Of a stretch of 64,000 bases of DNA, positions 11,503 through 23,000 are shown one piece after another; the first letter of the stretch is position 1; each line of letters opens with the position of its first letter. The notes under the pieces are model-generated. The model worked only from the letters and a program-made list of their open reading frames with translations. It was not told where the DNA came from and made no database searches. The stretch lies in the NCBI GenBank assembly GCA_900617105.1, contig UYFQ01000124.1, forward strand, positions 1 through 64,000, written 5' to 3'. Source of the stretch: Hydrurus foetidus. Lineage: Eukaryota. Made by a program: the position numbers and the translations under genes.

Positions 11503-14500
11503 CTAAACTACTATCTCTTTGTCCCATCCGGTAAGGGCCTGTCTCTCTGACTTGAACTGTGCTCCCTGCAGCGGCTTGGTCAGTAGGTTCGCATACATGT
11601 GTTTAGTCCCCAGGTGCCGCACTCTCGCCTCGCCTTGGTCCACCCGCTCCTTGAGCCAGAAGTACTTGATCGCTATGTGCCGCGTGCGCTCCGCCGCTGA
11701 CCGCCCTCTCTCGATCAGAGCCATGCAAGACATGTTGTCTTGGTACACCGTCACCGGCCCGCACGCATGTCCTTGCCCTATGATAAATTGTCTCATGTGT
11801 AATGCTTGGTTAGTTGAATCAGAAAGGGCAACCAGCTCCGCCTCCGTGCTCGACTTGGTCACAATTTGCTGCTTCGCTGACTTCGAGTGCACCGCGCCCA
11901 GCTCTCCTACCACCACACAGCTTCCGGTATGGGACTTGCCGTCCGGATGTACTCCGTACGCTGCATCTATCAGCACGCTAACACTGATCCCCTGCTTCCC
12001 CGGTGCGAATACTATCCCTCTGTCCTTCGTCGCATTGATGTACTTGAGCAGCCGCTCCAGCTTCAACAGGTCGTCCGCTGTGCATCTCGTCACTCGGGTC
12101 GCGAGAAATGCCAAAGCGGTCATACAGTCGGGCCTCGCACGCTTCCCGAGGTACAGACCCTTGGCCACCAGGCGGTGGAACCTGACTCGGTCCTCTTCGC
12201 TTGTTGGTTCGGCATCATCCCTCGTGTCGAATAGCCCCTCTGTGGCCGGTGTCCTTGCACCCCCTATTGTCCCGCTCTCCTTCAGCATGTCCTCGACATA
12301 CCCGGTCATTGACACTCTGGCAACACCTACGATTGAAAGGTCGAATACCATACCTAGATAGTTCACTACAGGGCCATCCTTCCTGGTGATATCGCCATAC
12401 CTCTTTATCAATCCGTTCGCCACCTCTTCAATCATCGCCCCATTGACACTCGTGATCATGAGGTCATCGACGTGCACAGCAATGGTACACTGCACGCCAT
12501 ATTCGTCGCTCTTGTTGAAGACACACATGTCGTGCGCGTTTGGTATATATCCCATGTCCGACAGTCCTCCTCTCAGGTTTTCGTACCACAGGGCTGCCGA
12601 CTCCACACACCCATACAGGGCTTTGTCAAGCCTCACCACGACACACCCCTTATGGTCCACGAACTGCGAGTACCGCGGACACAGCCGTGTCATAATGCTC
12701 GTCATATTCCTATCCAATCGCATGTGCACCGCGAGTCCGGTTGTCATGTCCGCGTTCAAAAACGCTCCGCTGATATCGATCACCGTGATCCTCCGCGTCT
12801 CATGTCCCGCTATGCTCAGTAGCGCGAACACCGAGCTGGTGGCCACTGTGGGTGCAGATAAGTCATCATATAGGTCACGATCTTGTTGGTTACCTCCTGC
12901 GACAAGTCGCGCTTTTAGTTTCTCAAAATCTCCGCTCGCTAGGAACTTCTCTTTCAGGAACATACTCGACCTGATGATCCTATGTTTCTCTTCCATCGAC
13001 AATCCCTTCACGCACACTGGTTCCCACACCTTCTTGTCTATCATTTGCTGGAGCTCTTTCTGTATAACGCTCACCGCCGCGTCACCCCTTGTGCGCAGCG
13101 CCTCGTTGACTGATATGTTGAACACGTAATCACCCCACTCCGTACCGTCCCCTTCGTAGCTGCGGGTTAGCAGTGCTGTCCCACTCTTCACTCTGAAGAA
13201 GTCCATCAGCTCGTGTCTATCTACTCCCCGTTCAAGCACAATTCTCGGTGCTGCTAGCAATCTCTCCGCACGGTCTAGTGCATTCTTGGGGCCTCTGTGG
13301 TCATGGTCTATGCTGTCGCCCGCTGTGTAGTCAATGGGTACTCCGCTCGAGTCGATATTCTCAGTAGCCTTTTCATCATAGTCTCTCGGTCCAGCACGCA
13401 TGCGATTCATGTCGTCGACTAAACTATCCATCTCGTAGTCGGAGCCGTATGGCTGCTCCTGTGGTTCTGGCTGTGGGTACTCAACGATATCCCCATGCAG
13501 TTCTACATCGTCCACCGCTGCATCATCATGTTGCCATCCCGGTCCATGTTCACCCCCATTGTCGTACTGTACCTCACCTGTCGTGTCAATGTGGTCGGTG
13601 TCGTCATGGATGTCGAGAGGAAGTATCGCTGGGTCGACTCCTTCATTCACAGTGCTGTTGATCGTGTCGGGGAGATCGGATTTTGCACCGCTGTCTTGCT
13701 CGTATGACGTTGGTTTAGCGTATATCTCTCCCTTGCCTTTCGCTCTCCCATCAGCGAGCGCAAGTTCGTTAAGGCGCTTAATCACTGACTCCGGCATCGG
13801 CAGTATGCGGAACTGATCTCGGTTGACTAGTCTGCCTGTTTTGAGAGATAACATTCGCACCGACCCGGTGCGGTTCCCTAGTGGGAGCATCACCACACAG
13901 TCTTCTGTTCTGCTCTCCATGCCTGAGTCGGTATTAGTGACAGTACACTGTGCATAGTCCCCGAAAGAACAGCGAAAATCCCTCTTACCGTCTGGTTTCC
14001 TGCCTATAAATGCCTCTCGCGGACTGGGGCCCTGTTCCCGTAAACCGGTGGGTTCATAGTTCAGCCTAGATATACAGTACAGTACGAGCATCGCGATACC
14101 CACGGTCGACAACACGAACGGAAGGTGGTACGCTACATGACAGCGAACTCTCTCTTTAACAATCCTGATCTTTCTTTCGATCCTAGCGACGTGTCCACCG
14201 GCTCCGCTGATGTCCACCTCCACTCCAAGTTTCCCAAGCTCGTCGACAAGGCTGATCACTGCTCCCTCTCCGTCGCTCATGATCACGGATGTCCTGAAAT
14301 TCTGCGCCGCGAGAACGCCGATGAAATGGTTGATTCCAATCTTCACCTGCCCAGCTGTCCTAGCTGGCTTCTTCAGATCAGCTGCGTTTAGACTATATGC
14401 AATAGTTAGTCCCAGTGGAGTAGCCACCCCGATTAGAATAGCTAATTTATCTAAATACATAATGTCGATCGACAACACCTGATCCCTTTGTACGAGTTTT

Positions 14501-16353
14501 GTGCTGATGGCTATGTCGGCGATAGCAGTAGCTCTCTTGGTAGTCTTTCCTTTCAGGGAGGCTATGTCCTTCCCCCATATCGCGTCGGCGATCTGAAAGT
14601 CCCTTGCTGTCACATCGAAATTGCTCCCGCAGTTGATGATCGACATGGCTTGCTCTACAGTCGGGAATCCCATTCTCGCCAGCATCTCCCTAGCTCTTCT
14701 CGCCTGCTCCACTTCGCGTTTCGTGAACGACTTCAGGTTCTTGGTTACAGTTGTGACTAATGCCCGATCGTGATCAACCTCTCTCCAATCACAGGAGTAA
14801 AATCTTCCCTCACTACCGACGACACGCTTCCTCCCGAATCGATATGTCCTCGTGCTCCCCTTCGGCTGCAGGGTGAAGCAATCGCTCACGTGATCGTATC
14901 TGATCTCGGCTCCCGAGTCCACCTGTGATGCGAACGACAGGATATTCGCCGATGCTGCTCCGCTGTAATAGACCGTTCCGAATTCTCCGAAGTTTCCCTC
15001 TCGATCAACCGACACGCCGCTACCCTGCTCGATGCCACTCACTCTCACAGTCTTGTCTGACTTTCTCACGTCGGTTAGTAGCTCCAGGTTACTGAATATG
15101 TTCAGTGACGCCTCATTGTCTAGTAGTACATCGAATTTCGTAAAGCAGCACATCTCTTCTGTAGCGACAAGCGCTATACCCCATTCGCTAGTCTCTCCTT
15201 CGTATTCACTATCCGACTCCGTCGCCGTGACGTGGACTTTTTCCACTGACGGTTTTCTCAGAGGGCAGTTCCTCGCGTAGTGACCTTTCTTCTCGCACTT
15301 GAAGCATTCAACATCCTCCAAGGATTTCTTGCTTCCCCCTCCGGCTTTCCCTGCTTTCTTCTCGGTATCCTTGGCCACGGTGACGTGTACTTCTTCGGTA
15401 ACGTACGCTGCGTTCACCCCTGCCGGTGCTGGCGCGGGTGTGTGTGCGGGAGTGTTTCCCTCGTTCCATTGGTTGGATATGTGGAATGCTAAGGCTAGCG
15501 TGCTGGGGAATGCATCCGGTTTGCGCCTTAGTGCGTCATGCTTCATATCATCCATCATGACTTTGAACCTCCGGGGGTCTAGCTTGCCGAGGAAGTCGAG
15601 TGCACGTTTGGAGTCGGACACCGCTGCGATCCCCACGGACATGTTCGCCTCCACCTGTTCATCAAATCGGTTCTTGAATGTGACTAGGTGTTCTCTCTCA
15701 CCTTGTCTCATGGACGAATACTTATTCTCTTGTTCGTGCTGATTGTATTCTTGTAGTGCCTCGTCTGCACCAAACATATGAGTCAGGTGGGTCCTTCGAA
15801 TGAGTGTCCACAGGAGAACGCAGTCCAATGTGAGATATGCTGTCTTGTACTCCTCTTCCTCCCTAACCCTACTCTGTGACACAAGCGACATACGCTTCCA
15901 CATCATGGGGAAGACCGTACGTTCGTTCTCGCGTTGGGTCTTGAGGTCTCGCTTCCTCTGGATGAACGCATCCTCTTTGAATTTCGCACGCGATTTCTCC
16001 GATGCTTTGCGTTTCCTTTCTCTGCTCGCCAGCCGCACTGCGGCCCTCGCAGCTTTAGCTGCGACTTCAGCTGCACTCCTCGCAGGAACTGCAGCGTCTG
16101 TCTCGTCCGATTCCTCTTCTTCGGTGTCGTATTCCGAACTTTCCGATGACGAATCTGAAGGGTAATCCCTGTGAGATGCTTTCGGGAGTTCGTATCTCTC
16201 GTTAGTGGTGAAGAACATCCCCACGATTCCGTATAGTTCGGTGACTATCGTCTGCATGTGTTCTCTCCACTTGATTATGTTGCTGTGTTTGCCGTATTGA
16301 AGCGTACACTCTTCTGTACTCTTGAGAGCTTCTACAGCGCGTTTAGGGGGCAT
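11503..16353 (-). CDS. Gag-Pol polyprotein, 1616 aa (Gag, zinc knuckle, protease, integrase, RT, RNase H)
   Basis: CFKCEKKGHYARNC (CCHC knuckle); VLLDNEAS (protease); SIDIMY / SDGEGA / IERKIR (DDE integrase); KLKARLVAGG, IDISGAFL, LDKALYG, HVDDLM (RT); IDAAYG, SSTEAELVA, YQDN, ANLLTKPL (RNase H). Confidence 0.97.
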   Translation of the reverse strand: MPPKRAVEALKSTEECTLQYGKHSNIIKWREHMQTIVTELYGIVGMFFTTNERYELPKASHRDYPSDSSSESSEYDTEEEESDETDAAVPARSAAEVAAKAARAAVRLASRERKRKASEKSRAKFKEDAFIQRKRDLKTQRENERTVFPMMWKRMSLVSQSRVREEEEYKTAYLTLDCVLLWTLIRRTHLTHMFGADEALQEYNQHEQENKYSSMRQGEREHLVTFKNRFDEQVEANMSVGIAAVSDSKRALDFLGKLDPRRFKVMMDDMKHDALRRKPDAFPSTLALAFHISNQWNEGNTPAHTPAPAPAGVNAAYVTEEVHVTVAKDTEKKAGKAGGGSKKSLEDVECFKCEKKGHYARNCPLRKPSVEKVHVTATESDSEYEGETSEWGIALVATEEMCCFTKFDVLLDNEASLNIFSNLELLTDVRKSDKTVRVSGIEQGSGVSVDREGNFGEFGTVYYSGAASANILSFASQVDSGAEIRYDHVSDCFTLQPKGSTRTYRFGRKRVVGSEGRFYSCDWREVDHDRALVTTVTKNLKSFTKREVEQARRAREMLARMGFPTVEQAMSIINCGSNFDVTARDFQIADAIWGKDIASLKGKTTKRATAIADIAISTKLVQRDQVLSIDIMYLDKLAILIGVATPLGLTIAYSLNAADLKKPARTAGQVKIGINHFIGVLAAQNFRTSVIMSDGEGAVISLVDELGKLGVEVDISGAGGHVARIERKIRIVKERVRCHVAYHLPFVLSTVGIAMLVLYCISRLNYEPTGLREQGPSPREAFIGRKPDGKRDFRCSFGDYAQCTVTNTDSGMESRTEDCVVMLPLGNRTGSVRMLSLKTGRLVNRDQFRILPMPESVIKRLNELALADGRAKGKGEIYAKPTSYEQDSGAKSDLPDTINSTVNEGVDPAILPLDIHDDTDHIDTTGEVQYDNGGEHGPGWQHDDAAVDDVELHGDIVEYPQPEPQEQPYGSDYEMDSLVDDMNRMRAGPRDYDEKATENIDSSGVPIDYTAGDSIDHDHRGPKNALDRAERLLAAPRIVLERGVDRHELMDFFRVKSGTALLTRSYEGDGTEWGDYVFNISVNEALRTRGDAAVSVIQKELQQMIDKKVWEPVCVKGLSMEEKHRIIRSSMFLKEKFLASGDFEKLKARLVAGGNQQDRDLYDDLSAPTVATSSVFALLSIAGHETRRITVIDISGAFLNADMTTGLAVHMRLDRNMTSIMTRLCPRYSQFVDHKGCVVVRLDKALYGCVESAALWYENLRGGLSDMGYIPNAHDMCVFNKSDEYGVQCTIAVHVDDLMITSVNGAMIEEVANGLIKRYGDITRKDGPVVNYLGMVFDLSIVGVARVSMTGYVEDMLKESGTIGGARTPATEGLFDTRDDAEPTSEEDRVRFHRLVAKGLYLGKRARPDCMTALAFLATRVTRCTADDLLKLERLLKYINATKDRGIVFAPGKQGISVSVLIDAAYGVHPDGKSHTGSCVVVGELGAVHSKSAKQQIVTKSSTEAELVALSDSTNQALHMRQFIIGQGHACGPVTVYQDNMSCMALIERGRSAAERTRHIAIKYFWLKERVDQGEARVRHLGTKHMYANLLTKPLQGAQFKSERQALTGWDKEIVV

Positions 16354-16368
16354 TGGGAATGCCTATGC

Positions 16369-16378
16369 CAGTCAATTA
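16369..16378 (-). promoter_or_regulatory. Candidate self-priming primer-binding site (TAATTGACTG in element sense)
   Basis: Abuts the end of the 5' LTR and is the exact reverse complement of LTR positions 16492-16501. No TGG-initiated tRNA-type PBS lies directly at the LTR boundary. Confidence 0.7.
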
Positions 16379-16721
16379 TGTTGACGGATCTTCGGTTTCG
16401 CAGTCACGTACTGCCTCTCGCGGTACAGCTGTTGAAGATCTCTCGGTCAGGGCTCGTGAAATAAGCTTGGGTTTAATCAGTAATCACTTGTTAATTGACT
16501 GTGCTTCATCCCTGCTGAAGTCCCCGAGTCCCTTTCAACGCAACAACAACATTCAGTCAAACACTACAGTTGAAGTATTCAGTGGCGATGCACGGATCCA
16601 TCCATCGTCGCCACGCACGTACGCACACACACACACACACACATAATAATCCGTACGACCGTACGAATGCATAAGTACACTGATTGTGTTCGTGCCATAA
16701 ACTCGGATAATATCTCCAACA
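16379..16721 (-). repeat. 5' LTR of copia element 2 (343 bp)
   Basis: Direct repeat of 11096-11435; contains (CA)10 on the plus strand in both copies. Confidence 0.97.
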
Positions 16722-17064
16722 ACCCACAGCCCCAGCCCACAGCCCACAGTCAACACTTTCATCATCACTCTCCACGATAGTCGCGTATGATATACTGAAT
16801 CACAGCCAATGTAGACTTGACTGCCTCAATCGACTCATTCAGACGACTTATAAATGATGCCTATTTCGAACCTGGCTAAAACTGAAAGAATCACATTGTT
16901 TGGCATGTGGAGTTAGACGTTACCTACCATGGTAGTCGATAACCACCATGAATTCAATGAGAGCTATCATCGAGAGTACAGACGTTTCACGAGAGCATCC
17001 TACTATGCTTCTTTGATTACTAAGTTATCGTAGTAGAAATCTTTCAAAGAGAATTGAAGCAGTT

Positions 17065-20000
17065 ATGCCCTCAGCTACGAAGATAATCTCGTTCATCGAG
17101 GAGAAGAGAGAAACACAACAACGACAAGATTTCATTGATAATCTAGGAGCTTTTACCGGAAGCGTCTTATCCGAATCAAATGATTCTCAACTGCATGACT
17201 TACTAGTGAGGAGCGGCTTCGACCTCAATGGCCTCATGTATAAGCCCAGTCTCGATATTGACAAGTTACTGGGCAGTCTGCGGAAATTAACCGACCGCAG
17301 GAATCAGAGATTGTCCCTCGTGCGATCGTCCCAAGCTGGATTAAGAAACACAATAAAGAGCTTCGCACCAGATATGCTGATGGCTTTCACTCTTGAGAAG
17401 AAATTTCACTTGGTCGAGGCATCCTTAACACCATTTTCTGTATTCTTTAATGGCGTCTGTATGCTCGCAGACATATCAGGCTTTACTAGATTGTCCGGAA
17501 ATTTTTGTTCTGGTGGGAGAGATGGAATCGATCAACTTCAACAGGCCACAAACACTTATCTCGGTGATCTGGTGAAGACAGTTTATGCTTTCGGGGGTGA
17601 CGTATTAAAATTTGCTGGCGATGCGCTAGTGTGCGTATTTTCTGACAAGCGGAATTCTGATAATGGGATCAAATTGACCATGGCAGATATTTGCTCTAAT
17701 GCAGTACAATGTGCAACAGAGCTTGCTCAGATTTGTACGCCTGAGTTGACAATACATGTGGCTGTTAGTTGCGGCCCGATGTGCTTCGCTGTTTTGGGGG
17801 GTCATAACGGGGTGTGGGAATCTCTCGTATCCGGTGCTTGTATTGCAGAACTTTCTCAGTGTCTTGATGATGCATCAAGTAAACAAACTGTGGTATCTCA
17901 GATTTTTATCGACACACTAGGTCCTATCTATTCGAAAGAAATTGATATCGAGTTGTTGCCATCTGGAAATCATCGAGTAATATCTGCTAGTAAAGTGAAC
18001 TCTGCTGTTATCCAGAAGGTCATCAAAAGAAGAGCACAAATGCTATTGCAAGGACACGAATCGAGGTACGGTGTAAAATATCTTCTCCTCATGACATTTG
18101 TAACTGACTAAGAAAATCACATTTCCGTACTCGAATTTAACGGAATAAATAAGAGCTGACTGTCTGTATGTGGGAGTGCGTGTGTCCATCGCAAACATGT
18201 CAATTTGTGTCAAGTAGCTAGCTAGCTAGTTTGTTCCTTGCTTTCTGATTTGTCTAGCAATCCTACTGTTTGTTAGCAACACTTCTTACCTGCTTCTATC
18301 TCCCTGGGTATCTGTTTTCTGTCTGTCTGCACGTATACATGCTTATCTATCGATCTGCTTCTTCTTGTCATTGGCCGGCCGGCCGGCCGGCTGGCTGGCT
18401 GGCTGGCTGTTTCTTGTGTAGATAAACTAAATATCCTAACTGAAAAACAAACACACACGCATGAGAATGTAGCAGTACGTCATTGATTCTAAATCACCGA
18501 TCGGAATGTTCTTCTCTTCAGGTTTGCACTGTTTCCTAATGACCCAGAATTCCTCGCCACCATACGTCACTTCGTTCCTATGCCCGTTGCAGAAGGGTTG
18601 AAGTCAGGAAGTTTCGATTATCTCGCAGAACTACGAGAAGTCACAACTATGTTCATGTCTTGGGATAGTTACGATGACGTTATTCACGAGGATTTGCTGC
18701 TACTTCAGATTTATTTTATCGCAGCAGAGAAGGTGTTGGCCGAATCCGGCGGGTTTATCCGGCAATTTTTAATCGATGATAAGGGGTGCGTTTTAATAGC
18801 GTGTTGGGGTGTGCCTACTGCGTCTTATCCGGATAACACGAGAAGGGCTGTGTGCGCTGGAGCGATTTTGAAACATGATTTAGATTTGCTAGGAATGAAA
18901 TCTAGCGTGGGAATCACGACTGGAAATGTTTTCTGTGGGTCGGTTGGTTCGTACGTACGTAGAGAGTACGCTGTTATCGGTGATGTTGTGAATCTCGCTG
19001 CCAGACTGATGAGCAAGGCGAAAGGGGGACTATTCCTAGATGAAGCCACTTACAGCAGAATACCTACACATCTTCACCGACACCTTGAAAAGCTCCCCCC
19101 AATAGCGGTGAAAGGAAAAACAGAACCAATCACACCTTACAGTCTTAAAAGTGGTACAGGAAGATTGTCTTTCGAGGATGAAAGTGACGGACATTTGGAA
19201 GTACTGACAATACGTCCACTGTGTAAAGAGCCGATATTAGCCGGATTACGGGTAATTCAGAAAAAAGAAGTTACACCGGTTAGATTCGTTATAATTGAAG
19301 GAAAAATTAGTCCAGGGAAATTCGAGGTTCTAGATTGGTTACGACAAATATGCCCACCACTTAACATCGATGTTTTATCACTTACAATGACGTGTAGAGA
19401 TAAAACTACGGACTTTTATATGGTGAAACGATTATTCAGATCACTAGTGGGTGAAAGTAATTTTGATGACCCACAAAAGCAACAATTCTTAGTAAAACAA
19501 TTATTGAAACAAGTCTACCATGGGGACAGAGAGACCATTAGAAAGGTGAAAAGGTTGCATTAAATATTGTTGTGTCTTATTATTGTGTGGAATATTGTTG
19601 TGCGCTATGACATACTGCACTATACCGAGCGTCTACTGAACTTTACTAGACAATATTAAAATGTATTAAGTTGAGTGATGGCATACAATCCGATTGTATA
19701 TTAAGCTACACAATACTATAATACTCTCTATCGTACAACACTATACTGTATTATACTACACAATACTATACTATACTACACAATACTATACTATACTACA
19801 CAATACTATTCTATGCCATACTGAAGTGTAATTTTGACAACGCTATCTTCGAATGTGCCGCACGCACCCTCTGTTACCAAGTCAATCAACCACTACCTCA
19901 CCGAGACATCCTTGCTACAGAACACACACGCACTACCTAAGAAATGCGTACCAATGAAAACACGTACGTACTCATTCTTCACAAATACGTACTTACATCT

Positions 20001-23000
20001 AACACGTACGTACGTACTTCAGGTCGCCTATCCGGCAGTTCAAATTTCTCTCGGAATAAAACTGAACGAATCTAAGGGCACCCCCGTCCCGACCCGTTTA
20101 CCCCCCAGATTGCTCAATCAGTGTCTACGAGATGTGTTCACGTATCTGCTGCGCAAGACACCCAAAGTGGTAGTTATTGAATCGACTCATTTTGTTGACA
20201 TGTGCAGTTGGGAAGTGCTAGTTAATTTCGGCAGTGTGAAGTCGCTAGCGATGTTCGTCATCACCATGGAGCCGTTGCAAGACCTAGAACTAGCGAAAAT
20301 CAAGTTAGCACCAGACACTCTGAGAGGTAATACACAGTTAGATAATTGCATTTGATTTGATTTGATGTGATGTAACTGCATGTGATGTGAGGTAATATAC
20401 AGCAACAGAATTGCGCGTAATGTGATGTGATGTGATGTGGTTTGATTATGTATTATGTGATGGACCATCAAATTTAGAAGATACTCTAATCTAACACAAA
20501 ACATTGTAATCCAGTTACTTATTAAATTCGTGAGAAAATCTGATGCAACTATCTGATATGTGTTATTTCGCGACTCTTCCATCTTGAATAAGATAATGAA
20601 CATATTAATAATTGTAGCTTCATTATATTATGTCGTGACTTTTTTCTTTGCATTTTTGTAAGATTAGGTATTTTGTAGTTGCTTTTGCCCTTTTTTAGGT
20701 TTCTCTTTATAGTACTAATTTAATTCGATTTCGCGGCTAATATACCAGCTTTGAATTTCTATTTGGTTGCGTCTCTGTTTCTATGTTATGCACCTCTGAA
20801 TGAAATGCTAGATATACTCTTGAAGTATAAATCATTCCTGACATTAACTTTATAAAATCTTACATTTTTTGCAGAGGAGATTTTCACATCTGAAAATGTC
20901 AACGCGAAAAGCAGTTCATCCGTACTCCTAAACAGGCTGAAACTGAACCATAAAAAACTGTGCAATTTTCAGCGCACCACTGTAGTGTTAATGAACGACT
21001 ATAGTATAGTTGAAGTGGATGAGTTGTTACGTACCGTACTGGGACTGCATACGTGCCCGCCTAATGTTGCTAATATGGTACATACGTTATCGGGGGGTAA
21101 TCCGTTTTGGTGCAAGGAAATGGCATTGTTTATCCACACCACAGGGGCAGGTAAATACATATGCTACACTTTTGATACACGGAGTGACTGACTGACTGAC
21201 TGACTAATTTCTGAATTTGATGATGACTGATACTGATTTTTCACTGATTGACTGACGACTGATTGACTGACTGACTGACTGACTGAGATGCATGATGAAT
21301 GACTGATACCCTGACATTTCTGACTGATTGATTGACTGACTGATTGACTGATCGATTGACTGACTGACTAGATTGAAGATGACTGATACACTGATATTGA
21401 TTTTATTGATTGACTGACCGATTGATCGATTGACTGACTGATGATGAGAACGATGAATGATTGTTGATTCATCAGATTGAAACTAGATGACTGATTGACT
21501 GATCGACTTTCAACTGACTGACTGTTCGAACGACTATATCGATGAATGACTGAATTGTTACATTCACCGACTGATTGACTGATGATGACTGATTGACTGA
21601 TTGACTGACTGACTGACTGACTGATTGGACTGACTGATTGATCATACGATAAAAAATGACTGATACCCTGACACATTCACTGACTGATTGACTGACTGAT
21701 TGACTGACTGGACTGACTGACTGATAGATGCATACGATAAAAAATGACTGATACACTGATACATTCAGTGACTGACTGACTGATTGATTGACTGACGACC
21801 GAAAAAATTTAATAGTATACCATTTTCGCTACTCCGAAACTACCAATTTCTGCCACAACGTCTTCACTAATTTCACCAAAATCTTCGTATTTTCGTAGAC
21901 GAATTCATGCGTGCAATGAATCCGGAAAATCTTAACAATTTAAACGGAATGAAAGAGTCCCTGGACCCGAGAGATTCCCCAAGATCAACGAGTAAAAAAA
22001 GATGGGGACCGGGGTCTGGAATCGGGGTCGGGGTCGGTTCAGGGTCCCCCGGTAAAACTGCTTTTTGTTCTTTACAGTCGAAAGAAACGTCACATATGAG
22101 AACGAAAAATAACGGAACGAGTGGAGTGGGTGATGGTGTGTCGGTGATGGAGACGAAAAGACGGATTTCTGATGACGGAAAAGCGCTAGAATTGGTGAAT
22201 GAGAGTGAACACGGATTCGCCAAGAAGAACACCACTTCTAAGCTGGAGCTCTTCATAGTGTGTCGACTGGGTTAGTATCTGCTTAACGTGACTGGCACTT
22301 ATTGATGTACATCGAGTTATGTATCTTATTGAAGTGGAAGACATTTGAAGTTAAATAGAACGACACGTACTAAAGTTAAATGAATGATCCATTTTGCTGT
22401 AAATTGATTTATATGTCGAACTATTATATTACCTCACATCGTAACTTATCACATCTTGCAATATCATGTCGTATCATATCAAATTATATCGAATACTATA
22501 CATCACAATGTCTCGCAGCTAATTACATTATAATGCATCACAACAGATGATACCATGCCCCTGCAAAACTCAACACATCAAATGATATCTTTATACACCA
22601 CACAAAATAGAACCCCATAATAACATCACATTAAACCACACTATATCACATCATGCCACATAGCATCACAACCAATTACATCACATTCAAACACATAAAA
22701 TCACAACGAATCACATAATAGCATAACATGTCACATTACATGACCATAAATTACATCACATTATTTCTCATTTTATCACATTACAAATCACACCATATTG
22801 CGCCACAGAGAAACTTTGCAGGGAAGATCAGAACATCCTCCGCACAGCAAGCATAATCGGTGACGTGTTCAACACAGCCGTATTATACAGTGTCCTCCCG
22901 CCTAAACTGCGCTCACACATGGCTATGTCAATCAATTCCCTCGTAGAAGATCAGTGGATAACGGAAGTGACAACAGACCCAGGAAAATACATCTTTGCAC

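Larger units (their letters stand above)
11096..16721 (-). mobile_element. Complete Ty1/copia LTR retrotransposon (element 2; resembles diatom CoDi-type elements), 5626 bp
   Basis: Two LTRs with TGTTG...CAACA ends, 5-bp target-site duplication ACCCA (11091-11095 and 16722-16726), one uninterrupted gag-pol ORF, and a G-tract CATAGGGGTG (minus strand, 11445-11436) before the 3' LTR. Confidence 0.98.

Noticed and set aside
11519..16165. Many plus-strand ORFs up to 280 aa inside element 2
   Set aside because: Antisense shadows of the GC-rich gag-pol ORF with no recognisable motifs.
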